Positions 32,851-41,885 of a stretch of DNA of 64,000 bases are shown here, in pieces. A program made the position numbers and the translations under genes. Each line of letters starts with the position of its first letter. Position 1 is the first letter of the stretch. The notes beneath the pieces were generated by a model. It ran no database searches and had not been told where the DNA came from. It saw only the letters and a program-made list of their open reading frames with translations. This DNA comes from Candidatus Pelagibacter sp. (GTDB lineage: Bacteria; Pseudomonadota; Alphaproteobacteria; Pelagibacterales; Pelagibacteraceae): contig NZ_JBNGYX010000001.1 of the NCBI RefSeq assembly GCF_052049995.1, positions 57,850 to 121,849 of the forward strand, read 5' to 3'.

Positions 32851-34217
32851 GAAAAAACCTAAATGTAATCGCAGCTTACAGCATCATGATGGTGCTTATT
32901 TTAATGGTTGGAATATTTCAGTCTTGGAATATCGCTTTATCAATATTTAATCTTTGTTTAATTTCTGCGGTCATGACAATGGGTGCAAATATTCAATGGG
33001 GGTACGCTGGTTTAATTAATTTTGGAATTATGGGTTATACAGCTTTAGGTGGTTTAGCTGCGGTATTGATATCTGTCGATCCTGTTCAAGAGGCATGGAG
33101 GGCAGGAGGTTTCGACATCCTAATGTCGTTATGGCTGATAGTAGTAATGGTATTAGTTATAAGGTTTATTTTAAAAAGATTTGAAAAATCAAAAATAAGA
33201 ACATACAGCATAGCTGCAATAATAATTTCAGGTATTTTACTTATAAGATTTTCTGCAGAGCCAGGTATAGAAGCAATTGAAGCAGTAGATCCAGCTAAAA
33301 CTGGTTTCTTAGGAGGATTTGGATTACCAATTATATTTTCTTGGATAGTTGGAGCTCTTTTTGCAGGGGGTTTAGCTTTTATAGTTGGGAAAGTTGCGCT
33401 TGGTCTTAGAGCAGATTATTTAGCAATTGCCACTCTACTTATTTCTGAAATTGTTATTGCAATTATTAAACACGAGGATTGGCTCACAAGAGGGGTCAAA
33501 AATGTGATTGGATTAAAAAGACCTGCACCTTATGAGGTAGATCTGCAAACTACAGATTGGTTTATTAAATTAGTTGAAAAGTTTAATGCAGGAAAATTAA
33601 GTGTAATTGAGAATTTAGCTGATAGACAGGCTGCTTTAAACCAACTTGTTATAGAAGGTTCATCAGTATTTGTAAAACTGTGTTATTCAGGATTATTCTT
33701 AGTTGTAGTAATTATTCTTTTAATTTTAACTCAAAAGGCTCTTTATTCTCCATGGGGAAGAATGATGAGGGCAATTAGAGATAATGAGGAAGCTGCAAAT
33801 GCAATGGGTAAAAACGTTGTTAAACAACATTTACTAATTTTTATTTTAGGCTCAGCAATTGTTGGAATTGCAGGCGCAATGCTTGTTACACAAGATGGAC
33901 TATTTACTCCAGGAAGTTATAGACCCATGAGATATACGTTCTTAATTTGGGTAATGGTAATTGTTGGAGGAAGTGGAAATAATTTTGGGGCAATTTTGGG
34001 AGGATTTGTTGTTTGGTTCTTATGGATTGAAGCAGCACCAATATCATTATTTTTGATAAACTTTTTCACTGCGGGAATTCCTGAAACAAATGCACTTAAA
34101 GCTCATTTAATTGAAAGTGTTCCTTATTTCAGATTTTTACTGATGGGATTAGGATTGTTGTTTATAATGAGGTATCGACCTAAAGGTATACTTCCTGAAA
34201 AAATAGAAATAAAGTAA
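32847..34217 (+). CDS. livM: Liv-type ABC permease (LivM class), second system, long form
   Basis: QWGYAGLINFG, LRADYLAIATL, SPWGRMMRAIRDNE, VGGSGNN; GTG start. Confidence 0.88.
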   Translation: MRKNLNVIAAYSIMMVLILMVGIFQSWNIALSIFNLCLISAVMTMGANIQWGYAGLINFGIMGYTALGGLAAVLISVDPVQEAWRAGGFDILMSLWLIVVMVLVIRFILKRFEKSKIRTYSIAAIIISGILLIRFSAEPGIEAIEAVDPAKTGFLGGFGLPIIFSWIVGALFAGGLAFIVGKVALGLRADYLAIATLLISEIVIAIIKHEDWLTRGVKNVIGLKRPAPYEVDLQTTDWFIKLVEKFNAGKLSVIENLADRQAALNQLVIEGSSVFVKLCYSGLFLVVVIILLILTQKALYSPWGRMMRAIRDNEEAANAMGKNVVKQHLLIFILGSAIVGIAGAMLVTQDGLFTPGSYRPMRYTFLIWVMVIVGGSGNNFGAILGGFVVWFLWIEAAPISLFLINFFTAGIPETNALKAHLIESVPYFRFLLMGLGLLFIMRYRPKGILPEKIEIK

Positions 34218-34222
34218 ACATA

Positions 34223-34294
34223 ATGAAATATATTATATTAGGTGCTGCTGCTGCTTGGGCTTTGTATATGGCTGATAAGTATTTATTCTTTTAA
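34223..34294 (+). CDS. Putative 23-aa hydrophobic small protein, below the ORF-track cutoff
   Basis: ATG 34223 to TAA 34294 gives MKYIILGAAAAWALYMADKYLFF; fills the livM-MFS gap; its stop overlaps the MFS start (TAATG). Confidence 0.55.
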   Translation: MKYIILGAAAAWALYMADKYLFF

Positions 34295-35463
34295 TGAATA
34301 AAAATCTTTCGTTACTTATATTAAGCCAGATTTTCGCTTTTACAGCTGCACCGGTCACCGTTTTTTTAAGCGGCATAATTGGTTCAAAATTTAGTCCAAT
34401 AAAATCTTTAGCTACTCTTCCAATGGCTTTGTCAGTTCTTGGAATTGCGTTATTCGCTTTTTTTGCTGCAAAGCTAATGAGTATAATTGGACGAAAATTA
34501 GGTTTTATTTTTGCATCAATAGGTACATGTTTTGCATCTCTTTTAACTGCATACTCTATAATTATAGAAAGTTTTGTCTTATTTAATTTAGGATGCTTTT
34601 TAATTGGTGGAGGAATAGCTTTTAGCCATCAATATCGTTTTGCAGCAGTGGAGGTTGTGGATAAGGATTATGCACCAAAAGCAATTTCTATCATTTTGTT
34701 AGCAGGAATAGGTTCGGCGTTTATTGGTCCAAACATTGCAAACATTTCTAAAGGACTTATCTCAAATCATATGTATGCAGGTTCTTATCTTGCACTTGCC
34801 ATTTTATCTATCTCATCAACAATTTTTTTAATTTTTTATCAGGAACCAAAAACGATATCTAGCAATCAATATAAAACTGGAAGAAGTTTTTTTGAGCTTA
34901 TCTCTCAACCTAGATTTCTACAGGCGCTCGTAGCTTCAGCTTTTGCATATGCTGTAATGACTTTTTTAATGACAGCAACTCCTATAAGTATGCATCTGAT
35001 GGAGAAAATAAGTCTAAGCAAGACTGGATTTGTTATTCAGCTTCATATAGCAGCCATGTTTTTACCTTCACTAGTTACAGGAAATTTAATTAAAAGATTT
35101 GGTCATAGTAAAATAATGTATGTGGGAGTTTTATTGTTTTTAGTCACAATTATTACCAGTTTATTTGAACAGAATTATATTAACTATATGGTTGCACTTA
35201 TTTTCCTGGGGCTAGGGTGGAATTTTCTATTCATTTCAGGAACAAGCTTACTTGTTTTGTGTTACAGAGAAGAGGAAAAATTTAGAGCTCAAGGTTATAA
35301 TGATTTAATTGTTTATTCTATACAAGCATTAGCCAGTTTGTCTGCTGGAGTATTTCTTAGCCTAACTAGCTGGAAAACTATGAATTTAATATGTTTGATT
35401 TTTCTAATTTTCATAGCTCTATCTACTATAAGAGCTGATTTAAAAAAAAACCCCAGTAATTAA
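34294..35463 (+). CDS. MFS transporter
   Basis: About 12 TM; LATLPMA, MSIIGRKLGF, QYRFAAVE, GLGWNFLF. Confidence 0.9.
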   Translation: MNKNLSLLILSQIFAFTAAPVTVFLSGIIGSKFSPIKSLATLPMALSVLGIALFAFFAAKLMSIIGRKLGFIFASIGTCFASLLTAYSIIIESFVLFNLGCFLIGGGIAFSHQYRFAAVEVVDKDYAPKAISIILLAGIGSAFIGPNIANISKGLISNHMYAGSYLALAILSISSTIFLIFYQEPKTISSNQYKTGRSFFELISQPRFLQALVASAFAYAVMTFLMTATPISMHLMEKISLSKTGFVIQLHIAAMFLPSLVTGNLIKRFGHSKIMYVGVLLFLVTIITSLFEQNYINYMVALIFLGLGWNFLFISGTSLLVLCYREEEKFRAQGYNDLIVYSIQALASLSAGVFLSLTSWKTMNLICLIFLIFIALSTIRADLKKNPSN

Positions 35464-35479
35464 ATTACTGGGGTTTTTT
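35445..35479. terminator. Bidirectional intrinsic terminator between the convergent MFS and SBP genes
   Basis: AAAAAA-CCCCAGTAATT-a-AATTACTGGGG-TTTTTT; MFS stop codon lies at the apex. Confidence 0.88.
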
Positions 35480-35495
35480 GAATTAAGATAAAAAA

Positions 35496-36686
35496 TTATC
35501 TTTGTTTTTTAGTTTTGAATTTTCCACCTTTAACTTCTTGTTCTAAGAAAGAACCTTCAGCTTCACCAACGTCAGTAAAAGTTACTCCAGTAGCACCTTC
35601 GTAATTAATCTTTTTACCTTTTGCCAGTAAATCTAAACCTTTCTTAAGCTCACCTGGATAAATTTTAGTTCCAGGAGCGTTAGCAACATCCATTACATTT
35701 TTTGCAATAGATGCTCTGTCAGCAGAGTTACCTGCTTGCATTGCAAGAACGATTAAAGCAGCTGCATCGTAAGATTCACCTGTGTAAGGACCAGAAGCTT
35801 CTACACCTCCAGCTTTTGCAACTTCAGCAAATATACCTGCACCTTTACCAGTAGAACCTGGTAATGATCCAAATGATTTACTTAAATCTTTTCCGAATGC
35901 ATCAACTAAAGATTGACCAATCATACCATCTGATAAAATAAATCTATCAAACGCACCAGAGTCTAGAGAAGCTTGAATAATTCCTTTTCCTCCTTGGTCA
36001 AGATAACCAATAACTGCTACAGCATCACCACCAGCAGAAGCAAGAGTTGCTACTTCAGATGAGTAATCTGCTTTTCCATCCTCGTGAGCAGTTACAGTTG
36101 TAACTTTAATACCATGAGCTTCAACTGCTGCTTTGTAAACATCAGCCAAACCTTTACCATAGTCATTGTTTGTATAAGTGATTGCAACACTTTTTACTTT
36201 TCTGTCTTTAGTTATATCAGCTAAAATTTGACCACCTCTAGCATCTGATGGAGCAGTTCTAAAGAAATACCCTTTGTCATCTAGAGTTGTTAATCCTGGA
36301 GAAGTAGCTGAAGGTGAAATCATTACTACACCATTTGGTACAGCAACGTTAGTTGCAATAGCACCAGTTACACCTGAACAGTCTGCTCCCATAATTGCAG
36401 CTACACCACCTGAAATTAAACCTTCAGCTGCAGCTGTTGCCGCTGCTGAGTCAACACAAGTTGAGTCTGCTCTTACTGGCTCAATTTTTTTCCCACCTAA
36501 TAGCGAACCTGAATCAGAAGCTTCTTTAAATGCAAGCTCTGCAGATGCTGCCATAGCTGGAGTTAGAGATTCAATAGGACCAGTGAATCCTAAAATAATC
36601 CCCATTTTAATCGAATGTCCGTCTGCCATTACATTTGAACCAAAACTTGATACAAACATAAATACAGCGATAAATAGTTTTCTCAT
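35496..36686 (-). CDS. Liv-type ABC substrate-binding protein (LivJ-like)
   Basis: Signal peptide MRKLFIAVF..., LGFTGPIESL, ADSTC, SPSATSP, RTAPSDA; ATG 36686 with SD GAGGA preferred over 36710. Confidence 0.9.
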   Translation of the reverse strand: MRKLFIAVFMFVSSFGSNVMADGHSIKMGIILGFTGPIESLTPAMAASAELAFKEASDSGSLLGGKKIEPVRADSTCVDSAAATAAAEGLISGGVAAIMGADCSGVTGAIATNVAVPNGVVMISPSATSPGLTTLDDKGYFFRTAPSDARGGQILADITKDRKVKSVAITYTNNDYGKGLADVYKAAVEAHGIKVTTVTAHEDGKADYSSEVATLASAGGDAVAVIGYLDQGGKGIIQASLDSGAFDRFILSDGMIGQSLVDAFGKDLSKSFGSLPGSTGKGAGIFAEVAKAGGVEASGPYTGESYDAAALIVLAMQAGNSADRASIAKNVMDVANAPGTKIYPGELKKGLDLLAKGKKINYEGATGVTFTDVGEAEGSFLEQEVKGGKFKTKKQR

Positions 36687-36793
36687 TATCTTCCTCTTTA
36701 TTGTTAACAATTTATAAAAGCCAATTTAAGTATGAATACAATCAATATTCAATGACAAAATTATCCTATTTTTGATGGGTTAATTGATACAGA

Positions 36794-38275
36794 TTATCTT
36801 ATTGAGAAAGGGTCTAGAGAAGGTTCATCAGATGTATAGAACCAAGTTGTTTTTACCCGTGTGTAGTCTTTAACTGATTCAATTCCAGCCTCTTTTCCAT
36901 ACCCACTATCTTTAATTCCTCCAAATGGTGCAGATGGTGAAATTAATCTGTAAGTATTTACAAATGTTATACCTGCCCGGATAGCATTAGACACCCTCAT
37001 TCCTCTTGCGAGATCACTAGTATAAACACCTGAAGAAAGACCATATTGATTGTCGTTCATTAATTCAATTACCTCTTTTTCAGTGTCAAATTTCATTACT
37101 GATAATACAGGGCCAAAAAGCTCATTTTCAGCAGCCGGTAAATTATGATTTTCACACTCAATAATTGTTGGTGGAAAATAATAACCTTCATTTGAAAAAG
37201 GATGTCTTTTACCACCACATTTAATTTTTCCACCTTGTTCAACAGTTAATTTAATATTTTTTTCTATTACTTCTAATTGTTTAAAGTTACTTAAGGGACC
37301 CATTTCAGTATCAGAGTCCATTGGAGCACCTATTTTAATTTTTTCTGCTCTTGATGATAACTTATCTAAAAATTCGTTATAAATTCCTTTTTGTAAGTAC
37401 AACCTTGAACCTGCTATACAACTTTGACCACTTGCTCCAAATATTCCAGCAGTTATTCCATTAATTGCATTTTCTTGTTTAGCATCATCAAAAACAGCAA
37501 CAGGACTTTTGCCTCCTAATTCTAAACTTACCTCAGATAAATTTTCTGCAGAGTTTCTAATTATATGCCTTGCAGTTTCAGGGCCTCCTGTAAAAGCTAC
37601 TTTCTCAACTAAGTTGTGAGTAGTTAAAGCTTTACCACATGGATCTCCAAACCCAGAAACTACATTTACAACACCTTTTGGTATTCCAGTTTCTTCAACT
37701 AACTTTGCAAATTCAAACATAGTTGCTGGTGCTAGTTCAGAACATTTAATTACTACTGTATTACCCATAGCTAGAGCAGGAGCGACTTTTGTTGCAGTTA
37801 AAAACATTTGAGAATTCCAAGGAATGATAGCTGCAATAACACCTATTGGAATTCTTGTTGTGATCGCTTGAATATTTGGTTTATCTATTGGAAGAACTGT
37901 TCCTTCAACTTTGTCAGCTAAACCTGCATAGTAATCATAATATTCAGCAATGTATTTTGCTTGTTGATAAGTTTCTCTGTACAGTTTTCCTGTATCAATT
38001 GTTTCAATTTTTCCTAATAGTTCAGAATTTTCTCTAAGTTTATTTCCGATTGCTCTTAAATATTTTGCTCTATCTCTTGCAATCATCTTTGGCCATTCAC
38101 CTTCAAAAGCTTTTTGTGCAGCTTTTACAGCTCTATCAACATCATTTGCGCTAGCTTCAGGTACTATAGCCCAAGGCTTATTATTTTCTGGATTTAAAGT
38201 TTCAAAAGTTTTTTTTGTATCAGAGTCTACCCAGTGACCGTCTATAAACATTTGATATTTTTTTAATTCAGACAT
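36794..38275 (-). CDS. Aldehyde dehydrogenase, TgnC-like (trigonelline pathway dehydrogenase type)
   Basis: ALDH motifs ELGGKSP, GQSCIAGSR, ELFGPV. VAFTGGPETARHI.RNSAENL and the C-terminal SD.P..DPF..R match my recollection of Acinetobacter TgnC. Confidence 0.88.
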   Translation of the reverse strand: MSELKKYQMFIDGHWVDSDTKKTFETLNPENNKPWAIVPEASANDVDRAVKAAQKAFEGEWPKMIARDRAKYLRAIGNKLRENSELLGKIETIDTGKLYRETYQQAKYIAEYYDYYAGLADKVEGTVLPIDKPNIQAITTRIPIGVIAAIIPWNSQMFLTATKVAPALAMGNTVVIKCSELAPATMFEFAKLVEETGIPKGVVNVVSGFGDPCGKALTTHNLVEKVAFTGGPETARHIIRNSAENLSEVSLELGGKSPVAVFDDAKQENAINGITAGIFGASGQSCIAGSRLYLQKGIYNEFLDKLSSRAEKIKIGAPMDSDTEMGPLSNFKQLEVIEKNIKLTVEQGGKIKCGGKRHPFSNEGYYFPPTIIECENHNLPAAENELFGPVLSVMKFDTEKEVIELMNDNQYGLSSGVYTSDLARGMRVSNAIRAGITFVNTYRLISPSAPFGGIKDSGYGKEAGIESVKDYTRVKTTWFYTSDEPSLDPFSIR

Positions 38276-39053
38276 TATTTATATGTTTCATTATTGCATT
38301 ATTTACTTCGTCTGCATATTCAATACTGCATAAATGTTTTCCATTTTTAATTTCAACATATGTTGAATTTAGTATATCTTTATTTAAATTTTTTGACATA
38401 TCAGGCGTAGATCCTGGATCATCTGATCCTGTTATAATTAAGGTATTTGTTTTAATATTTTTTATATTTTCAAGATTGTCCTCATAGTTTGCAAATATTT
38501 CATAAGCTTTTATAAAATTTTCTTGATCAATTCCTTTCTTATTAAGAATTTTCATAAACTCATCGTATAATTCAGGGTTTTGCTCAAGGTACTCATCTGA
38601 AAACCATCTCTTCATTGCCATTTGAGATATTGGCATATTTTTTTTTGCTAAATTTACTCTATCAATTACATTTTGTCTTTCTTCAGCTGTCCTTTTGTAA
38701 GTAGTGGAAATTAGAGTTAAGGAATTTAAATAATTTTCATATTTTGAAGCAAATTCAATTGCAATCAAAGATCCGATAGAAAAGCCGATTAAATTAAATT
38801 TATCTATCTTTAGGTTATTTACTAAATTTGATAATTGATCAATAAAATTTTCCATTGATAAATTTGGTTCTTTAAAGGGTGTTTTTCCATGTCCTAACAG
38901 ATCGTAAGTTATAAATGAATTATCTTTAAAAAATTCAATTTGTGGTTTCCACATTTGCTGATTTAAACCAACCCCATGAATAAAAATTATTGGTAACGAA
39001 TTTTTATTATTAAAATAATAATGATTTTGATTGTTATCAAAATTGTAAGACAT
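38268..39053 (-). CDS. Alpha/beta hydrolase, TgnD-like
   Basis: IHGVG, nucleophile elbow GFSIG, YKRT..ER..VI.R, TGSDDPGST, catalytic His in GKHL; ATG 39053 (TTG 39056 in track). Confidence 0.85.
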   Translation of the reverse strand: MSYNFDNNQNHYYFNNKNSLPIIFIHGVGLNQQMWKPQIEFFKDNSFITYDLLGHGKTPFKEPNLSMENFIDQLSNLVNNLKIDKFNLIGFSIGSLIAIEFASKYENYLNSLTLISTTYKRTAEERQNVIDRVNLAKKNMPISQMAMKRWFSDEYLEQNPELYDEFMKILNKKGIDQENFIKAYEIFANYEDNLENIKNIKTNTLIITGSDDPGSTPDMSKNLNKDILNSTYVEIKNGKHLCSIEYADEVNNAIMKHINNV

Positions 39054-39056
39054 CAA

Positions 39057-39641
39057 TTATTTATCGATGCCCATCTCTTTCATGTCTTGATATCTGTCAC
39101 CTGTTCTTGCATGAGCTCGTCCGGTTGGAGCACCTCCAATAGCTACAACTATTTCATCTTCATTAGGGGCATCGTGAATTGTAAATTCATGCGTTAGATA
39201 AAAAGGTCTTAATCCAGCATCAGTTTTATGCATCATTGGAATTGAAATTTTTGCTCCCGCAGGGCCTCTAGTGTTAGTAAAACTTAAATAAGAAGTTCCA
39301 CCAACGGCATCTCTAAATTTATTTCCAAATCTTAAAGTATGAATAAATGCAGACGCATGTTCTATTTCACCGTTCAATCCAACCATCGCAGCTTTCCCAT
39401 AAGCTAAAATTTTTTCACCTGATCCAATTTCTTTTATTAACTCTGGCACCAAAAGATCTCCTAATTTAGGCGCAAGATCTAATATTTCTGGTTTTAAATC
39501 TTCTACAAAACCTTTTCCGGCCCAAGGATTTTCTATAACAGCTGCAACTGAAACTAACAAAACAGGCTCTTTAGCTTTTTTTCCACCCTCTATAAAAGTT
39601 TTATCTACAAATTTTGCAAATTTTCTAAGTTTTAAATCCAT
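39057..39641 (-). CDS. Amino acid synthesis family protein (DUF1185-like; TgnF-type accessory protein)
   Basis: AAVIENPWAG, YGKAAMVGLNGEIEHA, DAPNEDEIVVA, GRAHAR.GDR. Confidence 0.85.
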   Translation of the reverse strand: MDLKLRKFAKFVDKTFIEGGKKAKEPVLLVSVAAVIENPWAGKGFVEDLKPEILDLAPKLGDLLVPELIKEIGSGEKILAYGKAAMVGLNGEIEHASAFIHTLRFGNKFRDAVGGTSYLSFTNTRGPAGAKISIPMMHKTDAGLRPFYLTHEFTIHDAPNEDEIVVAIGGAPTGRAHARTGDRYQDMKEMGIDK

Positions 39642-39644
39642 TTA

Positions 39645-40811
39645 CTAGCTAGCTCTTTGAATGTTCGTATCTATCGGTTTTATATTTGGAATTACTTCTT
39701 CTGTAAATAATTTGATGCTTCTCATGCAGTCTTCGTGTTTAATTCCTGGAAAGTTAGACCAGACTTGTAAATTTTGAAGATTTAATTCTTGTTGAAGTTC
39801 TTTTATTTTTTCAATTACAAACTCAGGTGTTCCAAACAATAGATTTCTTTTATGAAGAAATTCATAATTTAATAAATCTAGTTTATTTTTTGTCTCTGGT
39901 AATTTTTCATCTGGATCCATATGATTTCCCAATCCTCTCCAATGACAAACCCATCTCATATAATTTACAATATGTTCTCCAGCCATTTTTTCAGCCTCTT
40001 CCATAGTTTCTGCAACAAACATATCTCTAACCAAACTAATACCTTCCCCTAGCGGTACATCTCTATTTTCAGCTTTAGATTTTGCATCTTTATAAATTTC
40101 AAATCTTTTTTTCAAAGCTTTTACAGTTGGTATCCACATAATTGTATTAAGCCCATTTTCTGCTGCCCACTGAATTGATCTTTCTCCATCAACTACTTGA
40201 GAAATTGGTGGAAAAGGTTTTTGATAAGGTTTTGGTAATACAGATATTTGTTTTAATTCATTTGTTTTTAAATCGACAACATTTTCTTTTGGAGGACTCA
40301 TATCGTGTTGCCAAATAAAATTTGGTGAGGGATAAGTATAGAATTCACCTTGGTGAGAAAAGAAGTCCTCAGACCAAGCTTTTTTCATTATGTCCAATGT
40401 TTCAGAAAATAGTCTAAAATTTTTTGCTTGATCTTTTAAGTCAGCTTCTTTGTTCATGTTAATGGCTTCTCTTCCGTAAACTCCTCTTCCAATACCAACT
40501 TCCACTCTTCCTTTTGACATTTGGTCAAGGGTAGCAATATCTTCTGCAAGTCTTATAGGATTATGAAATGTTATTACGTTGCAAGCTTGTCCTAAACGAA
40601 TATTTTTAGTTCTTGCAGCAGCATCAGTACACATCATTAGAGGATTAGTGCAAGACTCCATTCCCTCATGATTAAAATGGTGTTCGGTATACCAAATAGA
40701 ATTCCAATTATTTTGATCACAATATTCAGTGATTTCTCTAGCTTCGTCTAGAAGTTGGGTATAAGGTTTTTTATCCCAATTAGTAGTATTACAAAAATAT
40801 CCAAAGTTCAT
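39645..40811 (-). CDS. Luciferase-like (LLM class) flavin-dependent monooxygenase
   Basis: IWYTEHHF, NPLMM..DAAARTKNIRLG, PIRLAEDIATLDQMSKGRVEVGIGRG; ATG 40811 with SD GGAGG preferred over GTG 40853. Confidence 0.9.
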   Translation of the reverse strand: MNFGYFCNTTNWDKKPYTQLLDEAREITEYCDQNNWNSIWYTEHHFNHEGMESCTNPLMMCTDAAARTKNIRLGQACNVITFHNPIRLAEDIATLDQMSKGRVEVGIGRGVYGREAINMNKEADLKDQAKNFRLFSETLDIMKKAWSEDFFSHQGEFYTYPSPNFIWQHDMSPPKENVVDLKTNELKQISVLPKPYQKPFPPISQVVDGERSIQWAAENGLNTIMWIPTVKALKKRFEIYKDAKSKAENRDVPLGEGISLVRDMFVAETMEEAEKMAGEHIVNYMRWVCHWRGLGNHMDPDEKLPETKNKLDLLNYEFLHKRNLLFGTPEFVIEKIKELQQELNLQNLQVWSNFPGIKHEDCMRSIKLFTEEVIPNIKPIDTNIQRAS

Positions 40812-40892
40812 AAAGCCTCCTTTAAAAATTAATTTAAAGACGACCGATCCCACTTTCGTAAATTTTTGAATTTAACGACGAGTTATGTATCG
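40812..40892 (-). promoter_or_regulatory. Candidate structured 5' leader of the LLM operon
   Basis: Hairpin 40820-40839 (CTTTAAA/TTTAAAG) abuts the SD; second stem 40856-40878 (9 bp, one bulge); locally GC-richer patch. Confidence 0.35.
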
Positions 40893-40916
40893 CTTTATAG
40901 TTAAACTTTATTATTA

Positions 40917-41885
40917 CTAGCGCTGATATTCAATAAATTTCTTTAAGGATTTGTTAAGAAATTTCTCATAAATTGGACCATTATTTTTGAATTTGCTTCC
41001 GTTTAAAAATGATTGGTTCATTTTGAAATCATAGGAAGGTTCAAAGAAAAAAGGAACAGAGAGTCTCTTACTTTTATTCCATAAAACTCTGTGATTAGTT
41101 GCTTTAAATTTACCTTTGCTTAGAAACTCCAAAGCTCTACCAGTGTTTACTACTAAAGCTTTTTGTTTAAATGGCACATCATACCATTTTTTATTTTTTC
41201 TATTTTGTACCTGCAATCCACCTTTTCTATCTTGATAGAGAACTGTGAATACACCACTATCAACATGTGTTTCACATCCAAGAGCAACCCCATCTTGTTT
41301 AGATATTTCTACTGGTTTTGTCTGATTAGGATAATAATTAAATCTTAATGTGCTTAATGTTTTTAATCTTGAAAAAGCTACACTAGAAATATCAGGATTT
41401 TTTTTATTAAGTTTTATTACACTCTTAAATAAAGTTTCACTCAATCTATAAATATTATCAAAATATTTGTTTAAAATATTTATTGAACTTTTTTTAAAAC
41501 ACTCATTTAGATTAAGAAATTCTATGTATTGATTATTTAGATTTGAAGAATATTTTTTAGTTACTTTTAAATCACCTATATCCAAACCTTCTTTTCCGTT
41601 CACATCATTAGGAAAATATCCTCTGTAAAGATTTTTATTTTTTTTATTCCATTTTTTAGGTGATAATTTTCTTTTCTTAGTGTCTGGTAAATTAAAAAAT
41701 TTATGCCCAACTTCGCATGTTTTTTTAATTTCTTTTAGATTAATTCCATGTCCAGTAATTTGAAAAAATCCTACATTGACACAAGCTTTTTCAATTTCTT
41801 TAATTGTTTTAAATGCATTTTGAGTTTCAAAATTATTTTTTATTAAAGGAGAAATATTAATTGTTGGTATAAAGTTCTTGCTCAT
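40917..41885 (-). CDS. Isopenicillin N synthase family Fe(II)/2OG oxygenase
   Basis: DIOX_N start (PTINISPL...GFFQITGHG), HVD, distal His in ATNHRV, RxS in RLSVPFF. Confidence 0.9.
   Translation of the reverse strand: MSKNFIPTINISPLIKNNFETQNAFKTIKEIEKACVNVGFFQITGHGINLKEIKKTCEVGHKFFNLPDTKKRKLSPKKWNKKNKNLYRGYFPNDVNGKEGLDIGDLKVTKKYSSNLNNQYIEFLNLNECFKKSSINILNKYFDNIYRLSETLFKSVIKLNKKNPDISSVAFSRLKTLSTLRFNYYPNQTKPVEISKQDGVALGCETHVDSGVFTVLYQDRKGGLQVQNRKNKKWYDVPFKQKALVVNTGRALEFLSKGKFKATNHRVLWNKSKRLSVPFFFEPSYDFKMNQSFLNGSKFKNNGPIYEKFLNKSLKKFIEYQR

Noticed and set aside
36274-36717. 147-aa plus-strand ORF rich in Ala/Ser/Pro
   Set aside because: Antisense mirror of the SBP gene's biased codons (GCT/GCA runs); no RBS or motif
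40812-40853. GTG-started N-terminal extension of the LLM monooxygenase
   Set aside because: A strong SD (GGAGG) precedes ATG 40811, and MNFGYF fits the LLM N-terminal strand
40812-40916. Assigning the LLM leader to a known riboswitch (glycine, SAM-V, TPP, FMN, cobalamin)
   Set aside because: No consensus elements of these classes recognised by eye; needs an Rfam scan
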